NCBI RefSeq assembly: GCF_054482525.1
Contig: NZ_JBTHVG010000003.1
DNA from: a plasmid
Reading direction: 5' to 3' (one strand)
DNA length: 64,000 bases
In this document: piece after piece, positions 1 to 10,435 of the stretch
Layout: each line of letters starts with the position of its first letter
Position numbering within the stretch: position 1 is the first letter of the stretch
The notes under the pieces: generated by a model
Databases searched by the model: none
Seen by the model: only the letters and a program-made list of their open reading frames with translations
What the model was told of the DNA's origin: nothing
Program-made: the position numbers and the translations under genes

Positions 1-13
1 TATTAATTACACT

Positions 14-352
14 ATGGCCAAAAACATACCCCTCTTACTTTATCAGTCCATTTTCCGGTGGAACTTAATCCTGGGGTGGCTAATCGTTTTTCTGCCCTAT
101 CTATTTGCCATGCTAGCAGATGGAATGTACCAGTGGAAATTGAAGAGGTACGTATTTGGTAAGGTTACAGTTCAGTTTTATCGTATTTGGTTTCGAGCAT
201 TTTGGGTGATCAGTGCTTTAACGATGGTCTACCTGGTCATGCCGAATATGTCACTATTTAACAATATCGCTCAACTTTTCCCACCAGTCGCTTTATTGAT
301 ACTGGGAATTGCATTGAATCGCTTGTGGTCTAACTTTCAAAAACTCATGTAA
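14..352 (+). CDS. small integral membrane protein (hypothetical)
   Basis: ORF with several hydrophobic segments; followed at 11-bp and 2-bp gaps by two same-strand genes, suggesting an operon. Lies 13 bp from window edge so promoter not visible. Confidence 0.4.
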   Translation: MAKNIPLLLYQSIFRWNLILGWLIVFLPYLFAMLADGMYQWKLKRYVFGKVTVQFYRIWFRAFWVISALTMVYLVMPNMSLFNNIAQLFPPVALLILGIALNRLWSNFQKLM

Positions 353-362
353 AGGTGGTCAG

Positions 363-1544
363 ATGTTAAGCAGTAAAAAAAGGAAGTCCCCTACAAATAT
401 CAAAGAATCGCTCAATGATAACGCTGACCGTTTTTATAAGATGTTTCGCATTCATACCACGGCAAAAGTTGCTATGTCGCTAATTGCCATGACCGCTGTA
501 GGGTTTTCTTTCTACAATCTTTACGAACAATGGCAGGACGCTGAAGGGAAGAAAGACCATATAGCTGTAATACGGATTTCTGGCGAGATGGGTACCGGCT
601 CGGAAACGGGCGATGGAACAGTGATCGCAACAGCTCTTGCCAAAGCTTACAATAATCCCCATGCCAAAGCAGTTATTATCGAGGCAGAGTCAGGTGGTGG
701 TGGTCCCTCTGACGCCATCATTATTTACCGCCAGATAAACGCGCTTAAAAACCACCAGCCACAGATTGAACGCGTATCAGATGCCGGTTGCTCTCTTTCA
801 TCTGTAGCCGCTGACAAGAGTAACAAAACCGGGAGCACAGAACGTGGCGATGAAGCACGGTCGAAGCAAAACTCCCTCGAAGTACTCTCCAGCGGTACCG
901 GTCGTTTTTTCTCTGATATCGCAGACTCATATAAACCAATCATCGTTAGTGTGAAAGGCATATGCGCATCCGCATGCTATTACGCGGTATCGCCCGCTGA
1001 TGCAATTTATGCCGACAGTAATGCCCTGATCGGTTCTATCGGTGTGCGTATGGACCACTGGAATCTGTCAGAGATCATGAGCACAGTAGGCGTCAAGAAT
1101 GAGCCCCTTACGGCCGGTGAGTTCAAAGATGCTCTTGACCCCTTCCACCCATTGTCCGATTCAACGAGGGAGTTCATGCAGAAGGAGATCCTGAACACGA
1201 TGCATGAAAAATTTATAACTGATGTTGAACTTGGACGGGGTAAAAAGCTTCTCTCGCGTCATGATGCCGATGCTGTTTCTCTCTATTCAGGCCGTGTATG
1301 GCCAACACCTCAGGCAGTTAAGTACGGCCTGGTGGATGGAGATCTTACGTCAGTAGAGATCCGTACACGTCTTTCAAAAATGTACTCCACTGACACGTTC
1401 AAAAACTACAATGAGCCTCATCGTAATCTCCGTTCTGCACTCGGCATGCTGATGAGCCTGTCTTCAAATATTGAGAGCCTTACCGGTACCACTACCCGCT
1501 TGGTAGAATCTGTTAATGCCACCAGCTACCCCTCTGTGAGGTAA
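363..1544 (+). CDS. S49-family (SohB/SppA-like) serine peptidase
   Basis: Translation aligns by eye to SohB/SppA core ('KGICASACYYAVS...ALIGSIGV', 'PQAVKYGLVDGDLTS'); N-terminal hydrophobic anchor; ~55-aa insertion before the Ser motif. Confidence 0.5.
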   Translation: MLSSKKRKSPTNIKESLNDNADRFYKMFRIHTTAKVAMSLIAMTAVGFSFYNLYEQWQDAEGKKDHIAVIRISGEMGTGSETGDGTVIATALAKAYNNPHAKAVIIEAESGGGGPSDAIIIYRQINALKNHQPQIERVSDAGCSLSSVAADKSNKTGSTERGDEARSKQNSLEVLSSGTGRFFSDIADSYKPIIVSVKGICASACYYAVSPADAIYADSNALIGSIGVRMDHWNLSEIMSTVGVKNEPLTAGEFKDALDPFHPLSDSTREFMQKEILNTMHEKFITDVELGRGKKLLSRHDADAVSLYSGRVWPTPQAVKYGLVDGDLTSVEIRTRLSKMYSTDTFKNYNEPHRNLRSALGMLMSLSSNIESLTGTTTRLVESVNATSYPSVR

Positions 1545-1545
1545 C

Positions 1546-2277
1546 ATGGATGCTTTCAATCTGCTGTGGAGCATTACGGGGGTAGCTTTCATTATCCTTA
1601 TTTTCGTCGTGTTGCTGTGTCTGTTGGGTTTTATGACCTCTGCCATAGCGGAACGGCGGACTGCAAAGGCAATTGAATCTGGGCTTCCTGAAGAAGCTCA
1701 GGGGCTACTTAGTGATCTCACCTTTCAGTTGTCGGCTCATAGCACTACTCAGGTTGATCACATTCTCGTAGCCCCACATGGTATATACGTCATAGAGCAG
1801 AAAAACTACGTAGGCAAGCTCTACGGTACTCTGGAGGAAAGCCACTGGCGGAAATGGACTCAGTCCCGAACCCTCAAGTTGCAGAACCCGTTTAAGCAAA
1901 ACCAGGGGCACATCAGGGCTATTCAGTCTGCTCTTAAGGCTAGAGAACTGGAATGTATCAATGTCGTCATCATAAACGGACGTTGTAAGTTTGATGGCAT
2001 CAAGCCGGAATGGTTATGTATGGGGATGGACGATTTTATCCATAAAGTCAAACAACGACGAGGGCTACGGTTGTTCACACCGGAGTCTGTTCAGCACATC
2101 TGTTCGGTGTTGAAGTCAACAAGGAAGTCGCCAGGGCTCTATACGGACCTTACTCATATTCACAACATAACGACAAAGTACAAAGCCCCGATGAAATTCG
2201 AGCAACGAGTAACATACATTCTGCTCAACTTTATCCATTATCTGTGGGCAAGTCTGTTCACTAAGCAGAAGCCTTAG
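1546..2277 (+). CDS. NERD (nuclease-related domain) protein, membrane-anchored
   Basis: N-terminal TM helix followed by NERD-like signature 'VDHILVAPHGIYVIEQKNYVG'. Confidence 0.55.
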   Translation: MDAFNLLWSITGVAFIILIFVVLLCLLGFMTSAIAERRTAKAIESGLPEEAQGLLSDLTFQLSAHSTTQVDHILVAPHGIYVIEQKNYVGKLYGTLEESHWRKWTQSRTLKLQNPFKQNQGHIRAIQSALKARELECINVVIINGRCKFDGIKPEWLCMGMDDFIHKVKQRRGLRLFTPESVQHICSVLKSTRKSPGLYTDLTHIHNITTKYKAPMKFEQRVTYILLNFIHYLWASLFTKQKP

Positions 2278-2563
2278 CGCTCTATCATTGGTAAGGCTGT
2301 AAAATGTCTGCAAAAGGCCCCATCGGTAAATTGTTGGGGCTTTTTCTTTGCGTAGTTCTGATACGGTTTATCCTGTGGAGCATTATGGCCACCAGCCAGC
2401 TGGTGACTGGCCAACGCTTTGTATGACGTAGCCTACTCAGGGCAGGCTATTTTAGAGGGACCGATTTTTATCCGGGCTAATTTAGAAAGAGATAATTTGA
2501 ACTTAGGCGGGCTGACCACCAGCAGAGAGGTAAATCACTAGCCGGTGATATTGACAGAAGTCG

Positions 2564-2926
2564 TCAGGGGTTTAACGCCGGAATATTTTGCCAGGCCTCC
2601 TGCAAGGTCTGCAAGACTTCTACAAGTGATAGTGACGGCCACAGGACTGTTTCCGTCATTATCACTCCAGGTGGCTCGCACTCTACTGGTACCAGAATTA
2701 AAACAACACGAGTTCCTTTTACCTGGTAGGCAAGGTTTACTGCCGGTTGGCGGTAGGAGGCCAGTACACCCTCACCATATTGAGCAGGGTTACTTGCCCA
2801 GTTCCGCACCATTGCATACACCTGAGGCATATACCGACTATCCAGATCCCCTTTGGGCCGTCTGAACGGCACGATTTCTTCTGAGCGGTAGGTGGTCGTT
2901 GTTGTATTGGTTGTCATCTTTGTCAC
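2564..2926 (-). CDS. hypothetical protein
   Basis: ORF, co-directional with neighbours; Thr-rich N-terminus. Confidence 0.3.
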   Translation of the reverse strand: MTKMTTNTTTTTYRSEEIVPFRRPKGDLDSRYMPQVYAMVRNWASNPAQYGEGVLASYRQPAVNLAYQVKGTRVVLILVPVECEPPGVIMTETVLWPSLSLVEVLQTLQEAWQNIPALNP

Positions 2927-2982
2927 CTCCCCTGTTCGTCCATTTAGAGTTTTAAGCTGCTTTACACATCACACTCAACTGA

Positions 2983-3267
2983 TTATTTAAGCTGGTCATC
3001 GTCTCTGGCCAGCATAGCCCAACCATTCGACTGGTTTTCGCGGGAGTAAGGATTCATTTCAAAATAACTATCTACCGCGTCGCTGTCCGCAACAGAACTG
3101 TTGTTAGCTCTCTTTGAACCCTGAACCACTACAGCATCAACCTCTGCGGCTTTCCCGTTGCGCTGTACCAGGATTTTAACCGTCTTGGGCTTACGTCTTG
3201 CGAGCAGTTTGTTGGCGATAAAAAGCACAACAATCCAGGCCAAAAGCACGTATAAAAATTTATTCAT
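2983..3267 (-). CDS. small membrane-anchored hypothetical protein
   Basis: ORF with N-terminal hydrophobic helix; palindromic motif copy ~165 bp upstream. Confidence 0.35.
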   Translation of the reverse strand: MNKFLYVLLAWIVVLFIANKLLARRKPKTVKILVQRNGKAAEVDAVVVQGSKRANNSSVADSDAVDSYFEMNPYSRENQSNGWAMLARDDDQLK

Positions 3268-3428
3268 AATGCCCTCCTTTGTATGTGATTATTATACCTG
3301 CTTCCATTGCAGGCCAAACAGGTTCGGTGTATGAAAAATAGACTTCTCTCCGGCGTATAGCAATCTACTTACTGATCTGTTTTCGTATCAAACTGTATGG
3401 CATAACCGAGGGGCGTACGTGGTGAGTC

Positions 3429-3444
3429 AGAAAGTTACTTTTCC
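3429..3444. promoter_or_regulatory. palindromic motif copy (agaaagttacttttcc)
   Basis: Read directly; 5' of gene 2983-3267. Confidence 0.4.
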
Positions 3445-3623
3445 GTAATAGTTAATTTCAGATCCTTCTTCCAGTTACGCTTCAGTATAAAACCGATACC
3501 CTCTAATTCAGCATCCTTCACGTTTAATACGCTTCACTTTAAGGCAGGGCTTTTCGGTTGATATGAATTCTTTTTCCGGTTGCTGGACATGGGTTTCATC
3601 CTGATAGTTAAAATTGCAGGCTA

Positions 3624-3926
3624 TCAGTCACCACCACCACCTCCTCCTCCTCCTCCTCCACCGCCACCATCACAACCACCAGCTATGCTATTTTCACCAT
3701 TACAATCACCTCCGAGGGGGTTCAAATGGCTGCTCCCCTGTAGATGGTGTCCTTGCCAGATCGAACCCGAACCAGCGCCTCCTGAGCGTCTTTGCTTGCC
3801 CTGAGGCAATTGTGCAGGCTCACCAGCACCGGCGGTCCCAAAAATGTCCCGGGCAATTTTATAAAGAAGGTAAAAAGGTACGCCCAGCATCATAAAAAAG
3901 ATTCCTGAAAATATTACACGTTCCAT
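3624..3926 (-). CDS. Gly-rich hypothetical protein with C-terminal poly-Gly tail
   Basis: ORF with hydrophobic N-terminus and terminal Gly run encoded by a (CCN)n tract. Confidence 0.3.
   Translation of the reverse strand: MERVIFSGIFFMMLGVPFYLLYKIARDIFGTAGAGEPAQLPQGKQRRSGGAGSGSIWQGHHLQGSSHLNPLGGDCNGENSIAGGCDGGGGGGGGGGGGGD
3628..3680. repeat. (CCN)n trinucleotide simple-sequence tract
   Basis: caccaccaccacctcctcctcctcctcctccaccgccacca read directly; codes poly-Gly on minus and poly-Pro on plus. Confidence 0.8.
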
Positions 3927-4358
3927 TGATGATCTCCTGTCTTGTGAGAGACCAGTTATATCAGGGTGATTCAGTATTTCCGTTTAGAAAAGAGTACTAA
4001 TTTGGCCCTGTTCGATCTTAATTTGCCATCCGGGAAAAAGTCATAGGGATAGGCCTGCCAGAGTCAATAACTTCCAGTGATCTGGAGGAGACCCCGGCTC
4101 TCTGAGCCCTCATGGATGGTACGGCTTTACCCCCTGTAAACAGATTCACGTTCCGCAGGACAAACATCGACTACTGACGTCTCATATTTGCTGACGCTAA
4201 TCCGACGTCTCATTGCCGTCTGCTTGTTTTCTTTAAAGGGTGTATTAGACGAATATCAAATCGGAATGGTAGGGGATGTGTGGGCACCATGCCCGGCCCT
4301 CTTTGAGCATCTGAGAGATTGGAGACCTAGCCGGGTAAGATAGCTACTTTCTTACGGG

Positions 4359-4727
4359 TTACCCTTCAAATCCAAAGACGAAACGGACGCTGCCGTTCTC
4401 CACGTGGAGACGCTTTACTTCTTCGACAAATTCCTGGATCACCTCTCCGGCGTTATCGGGTGGTATGGCTGACAAAATTTCTTCCGAAGTCAGCCATGAG
4501 TATGAATGTTCACCGAATAAATCATCATCTTCGGACGGTATATCATCAGGTAATCCGCGTAATGCGTGGATAAAAACTGCTGATGTGCTCGCCCTTTCAC
4601 GATCTACATCAAATCCGAGCCAGGCAAAGTGGAGATATGATCGGTCCCCTTTATAATTGCTTGATAAATTAATCCATTTACCAGGCTTTTCTTCCCTTTG
4701 AAATCGCCAGCAGATATCAACGCCCAT
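4359..4727 (-). CDS. hypothetical protein
   Basis: ORF, co-directional block. Confidence 0.3.
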   Translation of the reverse strand: MGVDICWRFQREEKPGKWINLSSNYKGDRSYLHFAWLGFDVDRERASTSAVFIHALRGLPDDIPSEDDDLFGEHSYSWLTSEEILSAIPPDNAGEVIQEFVEEVKRLHVENGSVRFVFGFEG

Positions 4728-4891
4728 TAAGAAACTCCATTACTATCGTTCGTATGAGATAACTATCATTTCAGAATACTATGACTTCTTCCCGTATAGA
4801 ACTAATCGCTCACGCCAACTGGGCGAAGCCAACCGGTTCCGCCACTTCGCTCATTGGTTTTTAGGCGTAAGCACTGAAGCCAGTCTCCATG

Positions 4892-5434
4892 CTAACTGGC
4901 GAGCCTGCGAAAGTCAGACTCGTTGTTATAAAGCGGCATATCGTAAGCGGTGTCTGAAATGAACATGCGGATCTGCTCAAGCGTCATGCCACAATGAAAA
5001 CGGTTTACGCTCACATTGGCCCGGGGGAAGTCAGCACAAAACGCATTCAAAACATTTTCATGGACAATGCCAATGTTGATCAACGCAGCTGGCCCGTTGT
5101 CACGGAAGGATACGACACGGAATCCCCCATACCAGCCTGAATGGGAGAAAAATGAAAATGCGCCGGATGCCAGACCATTAGACAGGTCATAGCGCAATTT
5201 CCCGCACAGAGACTGGCTGTCTTTGCTGTACACGCGATTAATGAAAATACCGGGACCAACTTCTACCGGCTGCTTGTTGCTTGCTAAACACGGAAAGCCC
5301 ACCAGCGAAACCTCCCTTTCTCCTGACCAGTTTACCTGATACCCGGCAGTGAGAAAGTCCGTCAGTTCTACGCCAGAAAGAGCATTAATGGCCGCGATAT
5401 CGGTAGTCAAAATATTTACGTTTTTCATATTCAT
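4892..5434 (-). CDS. hypothetical protein
   Basis: ORF, co-directional block. Confidence 0.35.
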   Translation of the reverse strand: MNMKNVNILTTDIAAINALSGVELTDFLTAGYQVNWSGEREVSLVGFPCLASNKQPVEVGPGIFINRVYSKDSQSLCGKLRYDLSNGLASGAFSFFSHSGWYGGFRVVSFRDNGPAALINIGIVHENVLNAFCADFPRANVSVNRFHCGMTLEQIRMFISDTAYDMPLYNNESDFRRLAS

Positions 5435-5495
5435 CTCATCTTTATTCTAAAGTGCGTTTTTTGTCTATCAGCCCGAGGATTGAAAATTTGAATAT

Positions 5496-5933
5496 TTAAT
5501 GTGACAGATAAATACCTGTCACTTTTTCAAAAACAGCCTGTAATTGAATATCGAGAGAGTTCATTTTAAAATCCACCAGCTCAGCTTTATTATCGCAAAC
5601 CAAATAAAAATAGGAGTCAAATGCGTCTGTATCTTCATCTTTAAAAATACGGAAGGAATTAATTTTATCATGCCCTTCAAATTCGGCATGAATACCATAG
5701 CGAACCGAGCCGTCATCGAACTGAACAACCCGTCGTACAGAATTAATCCGGACGTACTGTTTTAAGGCCCTCGCGAAATCGGCATTTAACGCCAACGCTC
5801 GTAAGATTGAATCAGCGGTTTCATTCTGCTTTTTACGATCGTATTCAAATATCCCACAGCCGGTGTTACGAAAGACCGGCTGAAGAGCATTAACCAGGTT
5901 GAAGGAATCCACGTTTCTGTCGTTTCTGTACAT
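5496..5933 (-). CDS. hypothetical protein
   Basis: ORF, co-directional block. Confidence 0.35.
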   Translation of the reverse strand: MYRNDRNVDSFNLVNALQPVFRNTGCGIFEYDRKKQNETADSILRALALNADFARALKQYVRINSVRRVVQFDDGSVRYGIHAEFEGHDKINSFRIFKDEDTDAFDSYFYLVCDNKAELVDFKMNSLDIQLQAVFEKVTGIYLSH

Positions 5934-5977
5934 GAGATATCTCCTGCCCCTCCGCTATACGAAGGGGCTTGATAGGG

Positions 5978-6274
5978 TTACTGCCAGGCTGCGATCACTT
6001 CTTCGCACTGGAAATGAGATAAGCACTGCTGGAGTAGAAGAGCCAGCACCGCTGTGTTAGGGACGCGATTGTTACACCACGCGTTGAAAAGCAGCTGCCA
6101 TGGACCGGCATAATACCCGGCCAGTTTCTTTTTTTGTTTAGCTGTACGGCAGCGGGAAATGGCCTGCTGATAAAGGCTTTCATTCTCATCACCAGCCCGT
6201 TTTTGCAGAGTGCGATAAATATACGAATAAAGACTGTCAGAACAGTTTGAAGCGTACGCCAGTTGTTTTTTCAT
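5978..6274 (-). CDS. hypothetical protein
   Basis: ORF; GGTTATTAG-type box ~45 bp upstream. Confidence 0.3.
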   Translation of the reverse strand: MKKQLAYASNCSDSLYSYIYRTLQKRAGDENESLYQQAISRCRTAKQKKKLAGYYAGPWQLLFNAWCNNRVPNTAVLALLLQQCLSHFQCEEVIAAWQ

Positions 6275-6315
6275 AATACCTCCTGTTTAGAAGTATTATA
6301 TGTAAACAGCCTCAG

Positions 6316-6332
6316 CGGCTAATAACCCGTAG
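6316..6332 (-). promoter_or_regulatory. GGTTATTAGCC-type box
   Basis: ctacgggttattagccg ~45 nt 5' of start 6274. Confidence 0.3.
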
Positions 6333-6394
6333 CAATATAATTTGCATTTTTTCTATTTCTGAAGACGCTTTTTAAATTAATATTTACTGAGTTA

Positions 6395-6673
6395 TCACAA
6401 CTTATTATTCTTCCCGTCTGCTGTTTTATTAATCCCCCAGTTAGTAATCACGCCAAGTCGGCGCAATTTTTCACGTTGTTCATAAATAAAAAAATCGCCA
6501 AGGCAGTCTTTTAAAACTTCACTATCCTGATATTTTATTTTTTGAAGCATCCTCGCAACTATGGCGCGTTTCAGGAATATGGCTGCATCAGACTCAAGCA
6601 TTTGTGAGGACTGTCTGACGGTCTCCTGCATGTCGACGATACTGCTGAGCTTTCGTCTGACCACGCTTAGCAT
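6395..6673 (-). CDS. hypothetical protein
   Basis: ORF. Confidence 0.3.
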   Translation of the reverse strand: MLSVVRRKLSSIVDMQETVRQSSQMLESDAAIFLKRAIVARMLQKIKYQDSEVLKDCLGDFFIYEQREKLRRLGVITNWGINKTADGKNNKL

Positions 6674-6857
6674 AGTGTCCGGGAACCGCTTAGCGGCTGA
6701 ATGTAACCCGCAACAACGTTACGCATTGTTTTACTCACTGCAATTTTCCATTTAAGTCTGTTTGTTCCACCAGCTGCTAACATCAGCGTTATTCATCCTG
6801 AGGTTTCGCCCGCGATTGACAGATCAGAGGCAGCATGGATGAAATTGCCAGAGTAGA

Positions 6858-7139
6858 TCACTGCATACGCGAATAGTGGTTTGTATTCAGTTCTGCGTTT
6901 GCCTGCTTTTCCAGTGCTGTCATAACCCGGCGGAGCATCGCCAGAGCCTGAACAGGCGAGCTCCCAAACTGCACTTTCACTTCAGCCGTATCATGATCCT
7001 GAATCAGGTCGAGTATATTCACTTCGATCCCTGCCCCGTTTTCATCTTTTGCCGTGCACTGAATACTTACCCGGGTCACCGAATCCGTCAGGACTGGCAG
7101 TGGGTTAGTTTTGTCTACGTTGATAACAGCCTTCTTCAT
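6858..7139 (-). CDS. hypothetical protein
   Basis: ORF immediately downstream of a ParB-like gene. Confidence 0.3.
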   Translation of the reverse strand: MKKAVINVDKTNPLPVLTDSVTRVSIQCTAKDENGAGIEVNILDLIQDHDTAEVKVQFGSSPVQALAMLRRVMTALEKQANAELNTNHYSRMQ

Positions 7140-7204
7140 TGCCCTGTTTCCCCTTGTCCTGAAAAAGTTACCGACCCGTCCGGATGGAGGGGTCGGTCAG
7201 AAAA

Positions 7205-8389
7205 TCATGACTGTCCCTTGTTCATCTTATCAGCATGCTTACGCAGGTACTCTTTCAGGTCAGCATGAGCGTTGATGATATCGTTCATTTCATCATTGGT
7301 CAGAACAAGCGTGTAAGTATCAGTACTGACAGATTCACCTTCTTTAAGCTTGGCTTCTTCAGCAATACGTTCAAAAATCGGGATCGCGGTGTCTGCAATG
7401 ACGGTCACAGTCTTTTTGTTCAGAACGCTGGACATGGAAGGTGCTTTACCTGCCGGGTTCTGTTTAGGAGCGCTGTCCTTTGGAGCTGGAGCCGGTTCCT
7501 GTACCGGTGGCGTATCCAGCGTCTCCGTATTGCTTTCATCGTTCAGTTGATCCGGTACCGGGGTGTTATCGGTAGTATCATCTGCCGGTTGCTCAGCACC
7601 GATGTTTTCCGGAGTCTGCGGATCTGCCATGCGCTCTTCTACCTTGGCAGCTTTGACGAATTTCAGCGTGTTTTTCGTCGCCTTGCCATAGATGGAGATC
7701 GCTTTGTTGATGTTATCTACCGCATCCTCACCGCTGTACATATACTCGTCCAGTGCAACGTACATGCTCACCTGATCGCTCACAAGCATGGTCTGTAGTT
7801 CAGAAGGCAGGTCCAGTACGCGAACCATCTGGCGAAGATGCTGCTCTGATTTACCACGTTTTTTTGCCAGTTCCGCAAAGGTCTTAGGCTCTTCTTTATC
7901 TTCAACCAGACGCTTAATTGAAAGCGCTTCAGCTACGACAGACAGCGCCAGGTTGGAGTTGCCGGTCAGGGTGAAGAGTTCTGCTTTTGAAGCGCTACCG
8001 CGAAACTCTTCGCAGCGAATACGAGTAATGCGTTCACGCCCTTCTGCTTCCAGCTGGCGGTTTGCAATAGCGATGGAACGGATACGGCAAGCCCCCTGAC
8101 GCAGTACAGGTACGCCATTAACCATCTGAACAACGATAGGCGTCACGCTGAACGGGTCTTCCATGTAGGCATCGGCCAGGCTGTTCAGGTGTTCCACAAC
8201 GTGAGGCATTGAATAGTAGAGCTCGCCCATACCGGCCGTGCGGGTGTTAAAGCCTTCCTGCTCTACAACAACCGAAGGGTCAATGATAAGGCCGTTGCCT
8301 TTACGGGCACCGTTACCAGTGCGTTCCAGGTAACCACGAAGGCTGATTTCGTTGCTGTTGTTTTTTACTTCAGTTTCGATTGCGGACAT
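7205..8389 (-). CDS. ParB-like nuclease-domain protein (paralog 1)
   Basis: ParB/Srx-type N-terminal motif 'VLRQGACRIRS', HTH-like segment, acidic Pro-rich C-terminus; ~400-bp upstream leader with two palindromic motif copies. Confidence 0.6.
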   Translation of the reverse strand: MSAIETEVKNNSNEISLRGYLERTGNGARKGNGLIIDPSVVVEQEGFNTRTAGMGELYYSMPHVVEHLNSLADAYMEDPFSVTPIVVQMVNGVPVLRQGACRIRSIAIANRQLEAEGRERITRIRCEEFRGSASKAELFTLTGNSNLALSVVAEALSIKRLVEDKEEPKTFAELAKKRGKSEQHLRQMVRVLDLPSELQTMLVSDQVSMYVALDEYMYSGEDAVDNINKAISIYGKATKNTLKFVKAAKVEERMADPQTPENIGAEQPADDTTDNTPVPDQLNDESNTETLDTPPVQEPAPAPKDSAPKQNPAGKAPSMSSVLNKKTVTVIADTAIPIFERIAEEAKLKEGESVSTDTYTLVLTNDEMNDIINAHADLKEYLRKHADKMNKGQS

Positions 8390-8476
8390 TTTTGTTCTCT
8401 TTTTTGGTTGGTTGTTTAACTGCGCTACAACACAACAATACCAGGTTCGACATTTTTCCTAATAGGTTGCGGAGAA

Positions 8477-8493
8477 GAAAAAGTAACTTTTTT
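8477..8493. promoter_or_regulatory. palindromic motif copy (gaaaaagtaactttttt)
   Basis: Read directly; 5' of ParB-like gene 7205-8389. Confidence 0.4.
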
Positions 8494-8603
8494 TAAAAAT
8501 TTTCCTGAGGCAATACTACTCGATCCGTCCGTTTTAAATCTTCACAACAGTGGGCCGTTTTTACGTTTAAGCAAAATAACTGGTTCAGAAGGTGACTCAG
8601 AGA

Positions 8604-8619
8604 GAAAAGTTACTTTTCC
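8604..8619. promoter_or_regulatory. palindromic motif copy (gaaaagttacttttcc)
   Basis: Read directly; second copy in same leader; preceded by ggtgactcag as at 3421. Confidence 0.4.
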
Positions 8620-9490
8620 GGTTGTCTGGGCCAGTGATGGGAGAGTGGCAGGACAGGAATGGCTAAACCGGTGCGGGTCTCTTGTAAGTCGCAGGGGATT
8701 CAGGAGATATAGAGGTAAACTGGTACGTTCAGTTTTTGGATTGAGCCGGGCTTTTGGCCCGGGCTTAAGGAAGCAGAAATTTGAACGAACTGGCAGGTAA
8801 TGCTTTATGCCGCCGACAGCTGGCCGTCAGTGCTTTGCTGTTCTGGTTTGACAGTTGGGGGATAACCGGCAGTTAGCCGCTGGCATTCCGCATCACAGAA
8901 AGCCCTGAGGTTGCTGAAGACGGACTCCATGAAATCAGCATGAGCATACGAGTCTACAGGACGTGTCTTGTTATCTTTCATCTTGTTCTCCTCAATCATT
9001 ATTAAAACCAGCGGATTTAGTTTCTGGCGCTCCATCTGCTGACCGGCTTTCCCAGAGAGCAGCGATGTGTCGGGTTCTTTTTCTCATTTTATCGTTTTCA
9101 TCGGGCCCATCCGGGCGTATAAGAGACCGATTTGGCATGTTTAGGAAACGTACTGGCGTAATTAAAAGCTGAGGTTGGATTTGGAATAAAAGGATGCTTT
9201 TCCCGTTTGTCGGGTCTTTCGCCACCGCTGCACGATGATTCTGTCAGGCATTCTGCGCCCTCCCAGGCTGCACATCTGGAAACAAGCGTTGGGATGTTCC
9301 CTTCCCCTGCTCACCGTAGAAAGATCGGCAAGTCCCGACGGTCGTTCCGTACGAGCCGGGTCCAAATAATGAATAAATAAAACGCCGCTTCAATTGTATT
9401 GACAATAGAAGTCAGGAGGATCATAGTGTCATTCATGGTGCGGCTTTCACACCACCGCCCCGGCGGTACCGGGCAGAACTGGAGTACCTC

Positions 9491-10435
9491 ATGAAACTTT
9501 CCCGTCAGACGACTTCTGATACTTCTGTTGATGGCCGTTCACGCGCATATGCCTGGGGCCGTGTCCATTATTTCATTATCGAACATGCACCAATGGCTGA
9601 GCTGGTCGCTATTGACGAGCTGCTGGAAAAAGCTGGCTGGAGCAATGACGGCTGTCCGAACTATGAGAAAGATGACGAGTTTGGTAATGCTGGTTACAGC
9701 TGTGGTTACTGGATCGATATTGACAGCGTGGGAAGCTTCAAGGCTGACTACAAACGTCTTAAGGGGGAGATTAGTGCGCATATCGCCTCAAAGGCGGCAG
9801 AGGTGGAGATCCGCGTACTGGACTCGATGTCCGACAAAGAATGTAAAGATGTTGCCTCGGTGGCATCTACTGTTCGCCGTGACTTACGTACGCAGTCCGA
9901 ATCGCTTCATTCACTGCGTACAATCGTAACGGTTGATCATTACAATCCCTATGTGACCACCAGCCGCCCGCTGAGCATTTCCGCCTGGACACTTATCCAC
10001 GACTGTCTGAAAACAGGCACCATCAATGACGTCTGTTCACGGTTGAGTTCATTAATCCTGCACTCTGAAGCCGCGATTGCCCGTTGTAAGGGAAGCTCCG
10101 ACTACTCTTCGGAACACGCTCAGCTATCGTTTTTTGCTGGTAACGACTATGTCACCAGACGCACCCTTGTTGATGCAGCTCACGAAGAGGCTCTGCGAAT
10201 GAACCGCCGCTTTGATGAACGCATTGCAATGAACGCGGATTCTGATGCCAGAAGGCTCCAGTGCGAATTCAACCTTAGCAACCATGTCGTACAGCGTAGG
10301 ACCGTTGAATCTGCTCATATCCAGGCACTCAATGAAGACGTCACCCGTTCACAGGCGGAACCACGCTGCCCTGGAAAGCTTCTTCTGAATATGACCAGTC
10401 ATGAGGAAGTGCGGGACTCACTGAGCGCCTGTTAG
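9491..10435 (+). CDS. hypothetical protein
   Basis: ORF in a plus-strand block of four genes. Confidence 0.35.
   Translation: MKLSRQTTSDTSVDGRSRAYAWGRVHYFIIEHAPMAELVAIDELLEKAGWSNDGCPNYEKDDEFGNAGYSCGYWIDIDSVGSFKADYKRLKGEISAHIASKAAEVEIRVLDSMSDKECKDVASVASTVRRDLRTQSESLHSLRTIVTVDHYNPYVTTSRPLSISAWTLIHDCLKTGTINDVCSRLSSLILHSEAAIARCKGSSDYSSEHAQLSFFAGNDYVTRRTLVDAAHEEALRMNRRFDERIAMNADSDARRLQCEFNLSNHVVQRRTVESAHIQALNEDVTRSQAEPRCPGKLLLNMTSHEEVRDSLSAC

Noticed and set aside
3580-3895. Plus-strand ORFs encoding poly-Pro and poly-His/Leu stretches
   Set aside because: They are alternative-frame readings of the (CCN)n tract, opposite to the local gene orientation.
7235-8099. Several plus-strand ORFs (187, 66 and 103 aa) inside the ParB-like gene
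   Set aside because: Antisense shadow ORFs of a longer minus-strand gene with recognisable domain content.
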